From an uncultured Gammaproteobacteria bacterium (lineage in GTDB: Bacteria > Patescibacteriota > Microgenomatia > UBA10105 > UBA927), in assembly GCA_964449585.1 (NCBI GenBank), contig CAYUZE010000002.1, forward strand, positions 52,833 through 116,832: a stretch of 64,000 bases of DNA, read 5' to 3'. A program made the position numbers and the translations under genes. How positions within the stretch are numbered: the first letter of the stretch is position 1; each line of letters starts with the position of its first letter. Positions 56,984-64,000 of this stretch are shown piece by piece. The notes beneath the pieces were generated by a model that saw only the letters and a program-made list of their open reading frames with translations, was not told the DNA's origin and did not search any database.

Positions 56984-58135
56984 ATGCAAAAACCACGAGT
57001 TGCCCTTGTCCGCGGCGCATTTCTAAACCGGTATGATATGCAAAGTTTTGCGCCGCTCTCTCGTCGCTTTGATCTCACGGCGATCGGATCCCAAAAAAGC
57101 ATTCATCACTCTTTTCCCTTCCCGGTGACCGCGCTTTTTAGCCCTATGGATATACCGAATTTTCCGTACAAGATGCCGATCCTCAATCGAATATTCGTCG
57201 ATGCGCATTACCTATTCGGGCTGGAGAAGCGGCTTGCGGGTGTAGATATCGCGCATACCGCCGAAACCTACTACCACTACACCAAGCAATGCCTTGATGC
57301 CAAAAAGGCGGGTATGGTGAAGAAAGTCATCGCCACCGTATGGGAGACGCTTCCCCATGCCAATGAAGGCATATGGGGGCGGGCTTCTTTCAAACAACGG
57401 GCGATTCAGGAGCTTGATCACATCATCGCCGTAACCCGGAAGGCCAAAGAGGCACTCATTATGGAGGGAGCTGACGGCGCGCGCATTAGCGTTATCGGGG
57501 CACACGTCGATACGTCGCGATTTCATCCGCACGTAGGGTGGGAGCGAAAGGCAGGAGCCCCCGGGAAAAAGTCCTTTACCATTTTATATGCCGGCAGACT
57601 GGTTCCGGAAAAAGGGATAGACGAGCTTCTTGAGTCCGTACGTCGATTGGGGGCTATGCCGCAGTTACGTACGTACGAATTTCGATGGCGATTCGTTGGA
57701 GATGGCGCACTCAAACGGGACGTTTTGCGGCTTTCCGAGGAAAAAGGGAAAAATTGGCACTCTAGTTTAGAGAGTGCTACGTATGACCGGATGCCGACTA
57801 TCTATCGCTCAGCCGATATTTTTGTCGCCCCGAGCAAACCGATTGCCACATGGGAAGAGCAATATGGGATGACGCTTCTGGAAGCGCAGGCAACAGGGCT
57901 CCCTATTGTGACGACACGCACCGGAGGTATTCCGGAAAACGTCGGCGGCGCGGCATTGCTTGTTCCACCCGGCGACGCATCCGCACTTGCATCCGCCATA
58001 ACCAAATTAGTGACCACACCGCAACTGCGCGCTACGCTGGCAACGCATGCGCGCAAACGGGCACAAGTCGTACACGACATAACTGTCGGAGCCCGTCAAA
58101 TTGCAGACTTGTACAACGAAGTGCTTAGTGGCTGA
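56984..58135 (+). CDS. GT4-family (group 1) glycosyltransferase
   Basis: 'YGMTLLEAQATGLPIVTTRTGGIPE'. Start at Met14 of the ORF-track translation, after the upstream stop. Confidence 0.8.
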   Translation: MQKPRVALVRGAFLNRYDMQSFAPLSRRFDLTAIGSQKSIHHSFPFPVTALFSPMDIPNFPYKMPILNRIFVDAHYLFGLEKRLAGVDIAHTAETYYHYTKQCLDAKKAGMVKKVIATVWETLPHANEGIWGRASFKQRAIQELDHIIAVTRKAKEALIMEGADGARISVIGAHVDTSRFHPHVGWERKAGAPGKKSFTILYAGRLVPEKGIDELLESVRRLGAMPQLRTYEFRWRFVGDGALKRDVLRLSEEKGKNWHSSLESATYDRMPTIYRSADIFVAPSKPIATWEEQYGMTLLEAQATGLPIVTTRTGGIPENVGGAALLVPPGDASALASAITKLVTTPQLRATLATHARKRAQVVHDITVGARQIADLYNEVLSG

Positions 58136-59228
58136 CAAGGTAATACGCGATCCCCAGGGCATTGATGACACAAACGCTCACGGTGATGTGCGGCAGAACT
58201 CCTCGAAGAATCCGGTGGCGATAAAGGGTAGATATAACCTCTGAAATCCCGTATGCAATCAGCGGAAGTGTACTCACAAACATGCGTCCGCTGACGCTGG
58301 CACCTTGCCACCAGGTGCTCCAACTTGACACAAAGTATAACTGTAAGCCAAAAATGAGCAGATACATCCTATATTTCCGCCATTTGCTGAGTAATCCGTA
58401 CACGCCCACGGCAACAATCGGCGTCCAAAGGAAGAGACCGTTTTGGATGCCGAAAAGTACTCCCCACATGTGCGGTCTGAGGTACGTAAAACCTTCGCCG
58501 CCCGCAAGGTATGGATTGGCGAGGGTGCCGTAGAGTGCGTACCACGCGGCCAGCTGGGGTATAAACCCGATCCCGAAACCGGCAAGCAAATTCTGCCAAC
58601 GAATCTGCTTCGCATGCGGCAACAATAACAAAACGTACACCAGGTCCTGCAGTCGTACGGATGCCAGTAGGGCAAGACTCACGCCGATTGCACTCCAATT
58701 TTTTTGCGGCATACCCAAAAACGCCAAAAAGATCACCGCACAAAAAAAGGAAAGCGCATGTGAATTCACGGGATCGATTGCTCCGTAAAACAGTAAATTC
58801 GTCGCACCGGCAAGAAGCAAAATAGTACTGGCAATCACGGCTGACGGGAAACGAAGCAGGCGGGTTAATAAAATGAGTCCCGCAAGAGAAGCGGCAACGG
58901 AAGTTACCCCTGCCGCAACCTGATACGCTAACGTCCATCCGTCTCCCCGTAGTGCGGTGTGGATCGCTACGTAGGGCGGTGCCCAAAACAGTGCCGGTCC
59001 GATACTGTACTTATTGCCTGGTTTGGTTTCCGTAATCATCGGTTGAGAAACCGATGATTTTAGGTACTCGTTGGCAAAGTGGATATCACGGTCAACGACG
59101 ACCGATCGAAGCCAGGAATAATAAAAAATGCCGTCACCATAGACGGTTTTTTGGAGATACCACGCATGCACACTGAAAACGGCAATATAGACGGCAATGA
59201 TGACCAAAAACACCGATTTTCGCGTCAT
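58125..59228 (-). CDS. polytopic membrane protein, GT-C-like
   Basis: Multiple TM helices. Start taken at MTRKSVFLVII (59228), giving a divergent arrangement with the GT2 gene at 59256. The longer ORF to 59444 would overlap that gene. Confidence 0.45.
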   Translation of the reverse strand: MTRKSVFLVIIAVYIAVFSVHAWYLQKTVYGDGIFYYSWLRSVVVDRDIHFANEYLKSSVSQPMITETKPGNKYSIGPALFWAPPYVAIHTALRGDGWTLAYQVAAGVTSVAASLAGLILLTRLLRFPSAVIASTILLLAGATNLLFYGAIDPVNSHALSFFCAVIFLAFLGMPQKNWSAIGVSLALLASVRLQDLVYVLLLLPHAKQIRWQNLLAGFGIGFIPQLAAWYALYGTLANPYLAGGEGFTYLRPHMWGVLFGIQNGLFLWTPIVAVGVYGLLSKWRKYRMYLLIFGLQLYFVSSWSTWWQGASVSGRMFVSTLPLIAYGISEVISTLYRHRILRGVLPHITVSVCVINALGIAYYLVSH

Positions 59229-59255
59229 AGCCGTATGATACAATGAATACATACT

Positions 59256-60002
59256 ATGGGTATATCCGCAGTTATTCTCGTCCGCAATGCCGCCCGGACA
59301 CTCGAGATGACGCTTGATAGCGTGCGATTTTGCAACGAAGTGATTGTCATAGACGACAATTCCACCGATGACACGATTGCCGTCGCAAAGAGAAAAAAAG
59401 CGGTTGTGCACACTCGTGCCATCAATGGTGATTTTGCCGCTCAACGTAATTTCGGACTATCCAAAGCCCGGGGAGAATGGATACTCTTTGTCGATGCCGA
59501 TGAAGTGGTGAGTCCTGAACTTGCCCGCGAGATACAAGAAGCGGTTCTTCAGGTGGATGTCAGCGGCTTCTTCCTCAAACGGCAGGATGTGCTCTGGGGA
59601 ACGACATTACGATTCGGTGAGACGGCAGGGGTGCGACTCCTCCGCCTCGGCAGGAGCGGAAAGGGCAAATGGCACCGACCCGTACATGAGGTATGGAAGG
59701 TGGCGGGAGTTGTCGGGACACTCAATGCTCCGCTTACGCATATGCCGCATCAGACGGTGGCGGAATTTCTTCGGGACATCAACGACTATTCCACGATAAA
59801 CGCAAAACATTTTTATGAAACCGGCACCCGGGTTACGGTATGGCAGATAGTCGCGTATCCGCTGGCAAAATTTTTCCTAAACTATGTCGGCAAGCAAGGG
59901 TACCGTGACGGTGTTGTGGGAAGTATTGTTGCCCTCATGATGAGTTTTCACTCATTTCTTACCCGAGCAAAAATATGGCAACTCCAAAATCAGCGCGGGT
60001 AA
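59256..60002 (+). CDS. GT2-family glycosyltransferase
   Basis: 'ISAVILVRNAARTL', 'VIVIDDNSTDDT', 'ILFVDADE' are GT-A fold motifs. Confidence 0.8.
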   Translation: MGISAVILVRNAARTLEMTLDSVRFCNEVIVIDDNSTDDTIAVAKRKKAVVHTRAINGDFAAQRNFGLSKARGEWILFVDADEVVSPELAREIQEAVLQVDVSGFFLKRQDVLWGTTLRFGETAGVRLLRLGRSGKGKWHRPVHEVWKVAGVVGTLNAPLTHMPHQTVAEFLRDINDYSTINAKHFYETGTRVTVWQIVAYPLAKFFLNYVGKQGYRDGVVGSIVALMMSFHSFLTRAKIWQLQNQRG

Positions 60003-61057
60003 TTGTCGTCGCTCAATGGGTTGTCGTTGTCGGCGCGGCGCTCAAGGCCGCGGTTTCCGTGTTTCGCATCATCGCCACATCCGCACCGGATTTTTTCTAT
60101 TACTACGAGGCGGCCGGAGAGGTGATACGAAACGTCCCGCGTCCCATCCACCTGTTGCCCCCCGCGTCGCTATTGGTATTTTCCCCGTTGGCGCTTCTTC
60201 CGTATGAAATTATGGAAGCGTTATGGATACTTGGCTCATTTGCCAGTCTTGTCGGTATCGTATGGTTCCTGGCAAGACGATCAGGAGTAACCGACACGCG
60301 AACGACACTTACCCTTGTCGCTTTGAGCTATTTGTCATTTCCCAGTCAATTTACCTTGGGAATGGGGCAAGTTAATTTTTACGCGTTGGCACTCATTATC
60401 GGTGCGATTTATTATGAAAATAAATATCACCGGCTGGTAACGGGCGGATTATTCGCGCTGGCTGTCCTTATCAAGCCGGAGGTTATCCTTCTCCTGGCGG
60501 TGCTTGTGGCATACCGTCGGTGGACGACTCTGCTTTCCGTTGGTGCGTGGATGGCAGGTGTTGGTATCGCATCGTTGGGCGTGTACGGATTTGATGCGTA
60601 CGTGCGATACGCGGAACGGATGCAGAAAGCAATGGGGACATGGCAGGATCACGGTATCTACTACAATCAGGGGATTACGGGATTGTTGGCGCGAATGGGA
60701 ACAACAGACGTTATTTCGTACGCAATTATCGCGGGTATCATCATCACCGTAACCGCCTCTGCGTTCCGAAAAAATAAAATACCGTTTCCCGAGGCATTAT
60801 GGCTTGCAATGCCGGTATTTTTGCTTGTCGAACCCATTGCCTGGCAACATCACTTTGTTTTTTTGATTCCGACTTTTTTTGTGTTGTGGAAACGTAATGA
60901 AAAAAAGATGTTTCGGGGCCTCTTGGTGCTCGGGTATCTGTTGATAAGCGCCAATGTTGCATCACCGGGATTTTTCACCGGTTTGCCGTTCGGGTGGATA
61001 CCCGCTTCTCACGGGACTATCGGAGCGATTATACTTTGGCTAGTAAGTATTTTTTGA
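59975..61057 (+). CDS. polytopic membrane protein (candidate GT-C-type glycosyltransferase)
   Basis: 360 aa, about 9 TM helices. Confidence 0.4.
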   Translation: MATPKSARVIVVAQWVVVVGAALKAAVSVFRIIATSAPDFFYYYEAAGEVIRNVPRPIHLLPPASLLVFSPLALLPYEIMEALWILGSFASLVGIVWFLARRSGVTDTRTTLTLVALSYLSFPSQFTLGMGQVNFYALALIIGAIYYENKYHRLVTGGLFALAVLIKPEVILLLAVLVAYRRWTTLLSVGAWMAGVGIASLGVYGFDAYVRYAERMQKAMGTWQDHGIYYNQGITGLLARMGTTDVISYAIIAGIIITVTASAFRKNKIPFPEALWLAMPVFLLVEPIAWQHHFVFLIPTFFVLWKRNEKKMFRGLLVLGYLLISANVASPGFFTGLPFGWIPASHGTIGAIILWLVSIF

Positions 61058-61058
61058 T

Positions 61059-62240
61059 ATGCACTATCCCTTACTGTTTCTTGCCGCGGGACTCATCGCG
61101 GGAAACATTATTTCGATGCCCGTCGCGTTGGGTGCGCGGGTGACCCTGCTTGATGTTTCCGTGCTTTTCCTCGTTTTGTACGGAGCGTTCCGAAGCGGAA
61201 AAAAGCGTATAATCCCGCATCTTTGGGCACCGATTATCGCATTTACCGGAATCTGCCTTATTTCACTGGTACAGACGGTGACAAATGTGCCGCTGTATGT
61301 CGTGGGAGGAGGACTCCTCTATGTGCTCCGTTTCCTCATGTATGCCGCGTTGTATTGGACAGCCGTGGGGAAATTATTTTCCCCCGTCGTTTGGCGGCGT
61401 ACCCTCACCCTCTCCGGAGTGTGTATGGCGGGTGTCGGTTTGCTTCAGTATTTTTGGTACCCCGATTTACGGAATCTTGCGTATCTCGGGTGGGATCCTC
61501 ACTACCAGCGGCTGTTCGGAACCCTGCTTGATCCTAATTTTATGGGGATCATCCTCACGCTTACCCTCCTTTCGCTTCTGGGAACACAACACAAAGGCAT
61601 GCAACCGTTCATTCGATATGCGCTAACGGGACTGGTGTCGCTTGCCTTTGTCCTGACGTATTCCCGAAGCGGTATTGTCGCACTGGTCGGCAGTCTTATC
61701 GTGTGGGCGGTACTTTCCGGGTATAAAAAGCTGGCGGGGTTTGTCATCGCCGCAGTTCTTGTGAGTTTTCTGTTACTGCCGAATTCGGGCGAAGGCCGCA
61801 ACCTATTCCGCAGTATGTCTTCGTACGCCCGGGTCGGTACTGCCCAGCGGGCGATCACCCTTATCAAAGAAAAGCCGTTATTCGGTCACGGATTTAATCT
61901 TCTGCGGTTTGTGGCGAGAGAGCGGAGTTGGCTTGATGAATCGACCGTCCCCTCAAGGGCGGGGGCAGGATTGGACACGAGCCTGCTCTTTGTGGGAGCG
62001 ACGACAGGACTTGTCGGTTTTGGGGTGTACGTATGGTTGCTCGTGTCACTTTTTGGTTCGGGGATGCGACTGTACCGAGCTGGCGAGAAGCATCGGTTGT
62101 CCGCGGCTACGTATCTGGGTGTGTTGACCGCACTCCTCTTGCACAGTCTGTTTGTGAATAGTCTGTTTTACCCGTGGGTGTTGGTATGGCTGTGGATACT
62201 CACTGGAACAGTGGAACAGGAAATTACGGCTTATAAATAA
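61059..62240 (+). CDS. O-antigen ligase (Wzy_C)-like polytopic membrane protein
   Basis: 'LTYSRSGIVALVGSLIVWAV' resembles the O-antigen ligase domain. 10 or more TM helices with a periplasmic loop. Confidence 0.55.
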   Translation: MHYPLLFLAAGLIAGNIISMPVALGARVTLLDVSVLFLVLYGAFRSGKKRIIPHLWAPIIAFTGICLISLVQTVTNVPLYVVGGGLLYVLRFLMYAALYWTAVGKLFSPVVWRRTLTLSGVCMAGVGLLQYFWYPDLRNLAYLGWDPHYQRLFGTLLDPNFMGIILTLTLLSLLGTQHKGMQPFIRYALTGLVSLAFVLTYSRSGIVALVGSLIVWAVLSGYKKLAGFVIAAVLVSFLLLPNSGEGRNLFRSMSSYARVGTAQRAITLIKEKPLFGHGFNLLRFVARERSWLDESTVPSRAGAGLDTSLLFVGATTGLVGFGVYVWLLVSLFGSGMRLYRAGEKHRLSAATYLGVLTALLLHSLFVNSLFYPWVLVWLWILTGTVEQEITAYK

Positions 62241-62937
62241 CCTTACGGGTTTGCGAAGTTTCATTACCCGCCGGATCCTTGGCGATAATAGTCAAAAGAT
62301 TATCCCCATCATTTAACGGCATACTGTAGGTGAACGATCCGTCTGATTTTACGACGACAATCCGTCCGTTGATCGTCACTTTCATGCCTTCATCGGTGAT
62401 CCCGTTAACCGTAACTTTATGTGTCCCGTCATTGACGGTGATGTTATCTTCGGGATTGTCGATGGTCAGTTTCGGCGGGGTTCGATCAACAACAGTGGAA
62501 ATGACGGGGGAAAAATCACTGGTGTTGTCTTTTCCGTCGGTAATTTTGGCGCGTACGGTGACCGTTCCCGGTTCGACCGGAATATCCGTGACGGTGAAGC
62601 TTCCGTCATCGGTAATCGGCACTTTTTTGTATTCACTGTCATTGACGAAAAGTATTGCCGTCATTTTCGCGGTTCCCCTGCCGTGCACGTCGAGGGTAGC
62701 ACTATGGGTGGCCTCGGGAAGCGGATCGAGTACCGGCGGAAGGATCAGGGATTCCTGCGGTTGCTGTTGGGCGGGGGAGTTCCCGCGAATTTTATCCACT
62801 AATACACTGAATCCGATGAGAATTTTTACGCCGAAAAGCGCAAGGAACACGAGTGTTCCCACCATCCCGATAACGGCCATTGCCATCCGTTTGGAAGCTT
62901 TTTTTTCCTCAACTCTTCGTAATCGGGATGAAATCAT
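62224..62937 (-). CDS. membrane-anchored protein with Ig-like (Big-type) beta-sandwich repeats
   Basis: N-terminal TM helix. Repeated segments 'DGSFTVTDIP...TVTVRAKITDGKDN', 'TVNGITDEGMKVTING', 'DGSFTYSMPLNDGDNLLTIIAKDPAGNE' are typical of bacterial Ig-like domains. Starts 6 nt downstream of the tRNA-Thr. Confidence 0.5.
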   Translation of the reverse strand: MISSRLRRVEEKKASKRMAMAVIGMVGTLVFLALFGVKILIGFSVLVDKIRGNSPAQQQPQESLILPPVLDPLPEATHSATLDVHGRGTAKMTAILFVNDSEYKKVPITDDGSFTVTDIPVEPGTVTVRAKITDGKDNTSDFSPVISTVVDRTPPKLTIDNPEDNITVNDGTHKVTVNGITDEGMKVTINGRIVVVKSDGSFTYSMPLNDGDNLLTIIAKDPAGNETSQTRKVIYKP

Positions 62938-62942
62938 AAATT

Positions 62943-63016
62943 TTGGAGCCCCCTGTCAGAATTGGACTGACATCTACGGTTTACGATACCGCTGCTCTGC
63001 CGTTGAGCTAAGGGGG
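62943..63016 (-). tRNA. tRNA-Thr (anticodon CGU), CCA encoded; T-loop has C at position 55
   Basis: Folded by hand on the minus strand: acceptor GCCCCCT/AGGGGGC, U8, D-arm GCTC-AACGGCA-GAGC, anticodon stem GCGGT/ACCGT with loop AUCGUAA, variable AGAT, T-arm GTCAG-TCCAATT-CTGAC, discriminator U, CCA. All invariants fit except U55 replaced by C. Confidence 0.6.
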
Positions 63017-63020
63017 CATC

Positions 63021-63105
63021 TTCATGGGGCAAAACCGAGGTTTTTCCCCAACGCTTTTCCTTCAATGAGTTGCGAAGGTTCTCCCAACCGTATCACCCCT
63101 TCGCA
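63021..63105 (+). repeat. diverged single copy of the 8.2-kb repeat unit, containing the same imperfect hairpin
   Basis: 'GGGGCAAAACC-gag-GGTTTTTCCCC...AACGCTTTTCCTTCAATGA' versus 'GGGACAAAACC-tgc-GGTTTTTTCCC...AACGATTTTCCCTTCAGATGA'. The stem keeps the same C.T mismatch and has an A-T to G-C compensatory change. It lies between a candidate extended -10 (TGcTATAAT on the minus strand, 63169-63161) and tRNA-Thr. Confidence 0.6.
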
Positions 63106-63183
63106 ACGGATTATACCCTTTTTGCAACCTCGCTCTTTTCGCATCGGTTTTAGGGCACCTTATTATAGCAAACTTGAATCTGC

Positions 63184-64000
63184 TCAGGAAGCGCTCCATC
63201 GGGCAAAAATACCGTGCGGGAGTAATCGACCGCTTGTCGAATCTGCAATCGTCAGTTCCCCGAACGATCGTGTGCCGGGAAGTGATGCCGTCATATCCTG
63301 CAGTAAATGACCGATCACGAGTGCTGATAAGTCCGCGGTGTAGGCGTTTATCAAAACAAACGCGGGGGTAGGGGATAAAAGTCCCGCGAGTATCGGGGTA
63401 AGTTTCGGCAGATCCACCTCAATTTTCCACACCTCGCCCTTGGGTCCTCTGCCGAATCGCGGAGGATCCAGGATGATGCCGTCGTAGGTATTACCGCGTT
63501 TAAGCTCTCGTGCCGCAAATTTCACCGCATCATCGGTGATCCAACGGACGGGCTTATCGATGAGTTCGGAAGCCGTGGCGTTTTCTTTTGCCCATTCGAT
63601 GGCTCCCTTGGCGCTATCTACATGGGTAACATGTGCTCCCGCCGCAAGCGCCGCCATGGTGGCACCTCCGGTGTACGCAAAGAGGTTTAATACCTTGAGC
63701 GGACGTCCTGCAATTGTCTGCATCATCCATCGCCAATTGACGGACTGTTCGGGAAACACCCCGACGTGTTTAAATGAGGTGGGTTTTAAGGTGAATACAA
63801 GGTCATGGTAGCGAACCTGCCAGTTTGCGGGGGGATGTGTTTTGATGTCCCAGTACCCTTCCTCCTTTGAACCCCGTATATAGCGGGCATGCGCGTTGTC
63901 CCACACGGCCGCGTGAGCCATGGGTTTCCATATGGCGCGCGGATCGGGGCGGGAGATGATATACGACGAAAACCGTTCGAGTTTTTCGCCGTTGCCGCTG
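63184..64000 (-). CDS. class I SAM-dependent methyltransferase, PF10672/RlmI-like; 5' end beyond window
   Basis: 'LNLFAYTGGATMAALAAGAHVTHVDSAK' (motif I) and 'IILDPPRFGRG' (motif IV). The reading frame stays open upstream of the first Met to the window edge (...GNGEKLERFSSYIISRPDPRAIWKPMAHAAV). Confidence 0.65.
   Translation of the reverse strand, partial: SGNGEKLERFSSYIISRPDPRAIWKPMAHAAVWDNAHARYIRGSKEEGYWDIKTHPPANWQVRYHDLVFTLKPTSFKHVGVFPEQSVNWRWMMQTIAGRPLKVLNLFAYTGGATMAALAAGAHVTHVDSAKGAIEWAKENATASELIDKPVRWITDDAVKFAARELKRGNTYDGIILDPPRFGRGPKGEVWKIEVDLPKLTPILAGLLSPTPAFVLINAYTADLSALVIGHLLQDMTASLPGTRSFGELTIADSTSGRLLPHGIFARWSAS

Noticed and set aside
59229-59444. N-terminal 72-aa soluble extension of the minus-strand GT-C-like gene
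   Set aside because: It would overlap the divergent GT2 gene start by about 190 nt. The internal Met at 59228 gives a clean divergent arrangement with an N-terminal TM helix.
62954-62970. Perfect 5-bp hairpin GTCAG-aattgga-CTGAC, first considered a small RNA or terminator
   Set aside because: It is the T-arm of the minus-strand tRNA-Thr once the reverse complement is folded.
1-64000. Diversity-generating retroelement, retron or other RT-based system; restriction-modification; toxin-antitoxin pairs
   Set aside because: No reverse-transcriptase-like ORF, no TR/VR repeat pair, no DNA methyltransferase/endonuclease pair, and no recognisable TA family among the ORFs.

Overview
Window of a bacterial chromosome with a Gram-positive/CPR-like gene organisation. 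Numbers from ORF-length arithmetic are computed here; every product call rests on motifs I recognise by eye, and no database search was run.

Main content (1-29 kb): an expanded division/cell-wall (dcw) cluster, almost entirely on the + strand, starting with a DUF4012 protein, recO and a T-box-controlled glyQS (0.1-4.7 kb). Gene order is mraZ-rsmH-ftsL-ftsI-[3 tandem 85-bp repeats]-murE-pgeF-murC-murB-murA-glmU-like-alpha/beta hydrolase-murF(membrane fusion)-DegT aminotransferase-CvpA/CAP-MBL hydrolase-FemABX-dgkA-mraY-ftsW-murG-ftsQ-ftsA-ftsZ. murD and ddl are not in the window.

28.7-36.5 kb: accessory stretch with a degenerate LAGLIDADG-like ORF, a very AT-rich ~0.8 kb islet carrying two tiny ORFs and an orphan terminator, a secreted protein, a minimal trypsin-like protease, a DUF45/YgjP metallohydrolase, RDD and holin-4-like membrane proteins, and a YkgJ-type Cys-cluster protein.

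36.6-47.4 kb: a MacAB-like tripartite ABC efflux system (HlyD adaptor, FtsX-type permease, separate ATPase), T-box-controlled ileS, a second SEDS protein (rodA-like), rplU - RNA methyltransferase - rpmA, parB, convergent lepB, and tRNA-Val(GAC).

47.4-50.1 kb: a thermonuclease and four unknown proteins.

50.1-62.3 kb: a polysaccharide/glycosylation locus. It holds a secreted PT-linker lipase whose 5' third lies inside an AT-rich block, a class I SAM methyltransferase, three GT2 and two GT4 glycosyltransferases, three polytopic GT-C-like membrane proteins and an O-antigen-ligase-like protein.

62.2-64.0 kb: an Ig-like anchored protein, a tRNA-Thr(CGU) on the minus strand with an unusual C55, a diverged copy of the 8.2-kb repeat, and a 5'-truncated PF10672-like methyltransferase.

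Most noteworthy items: a conserved hairpin-bearing repeat family showing a compensatory base-pair change; a MurE without its N-terminal domain; a MurF fused to a polytopic membrane domain; and two compositional islands whose edges fall inside genes.
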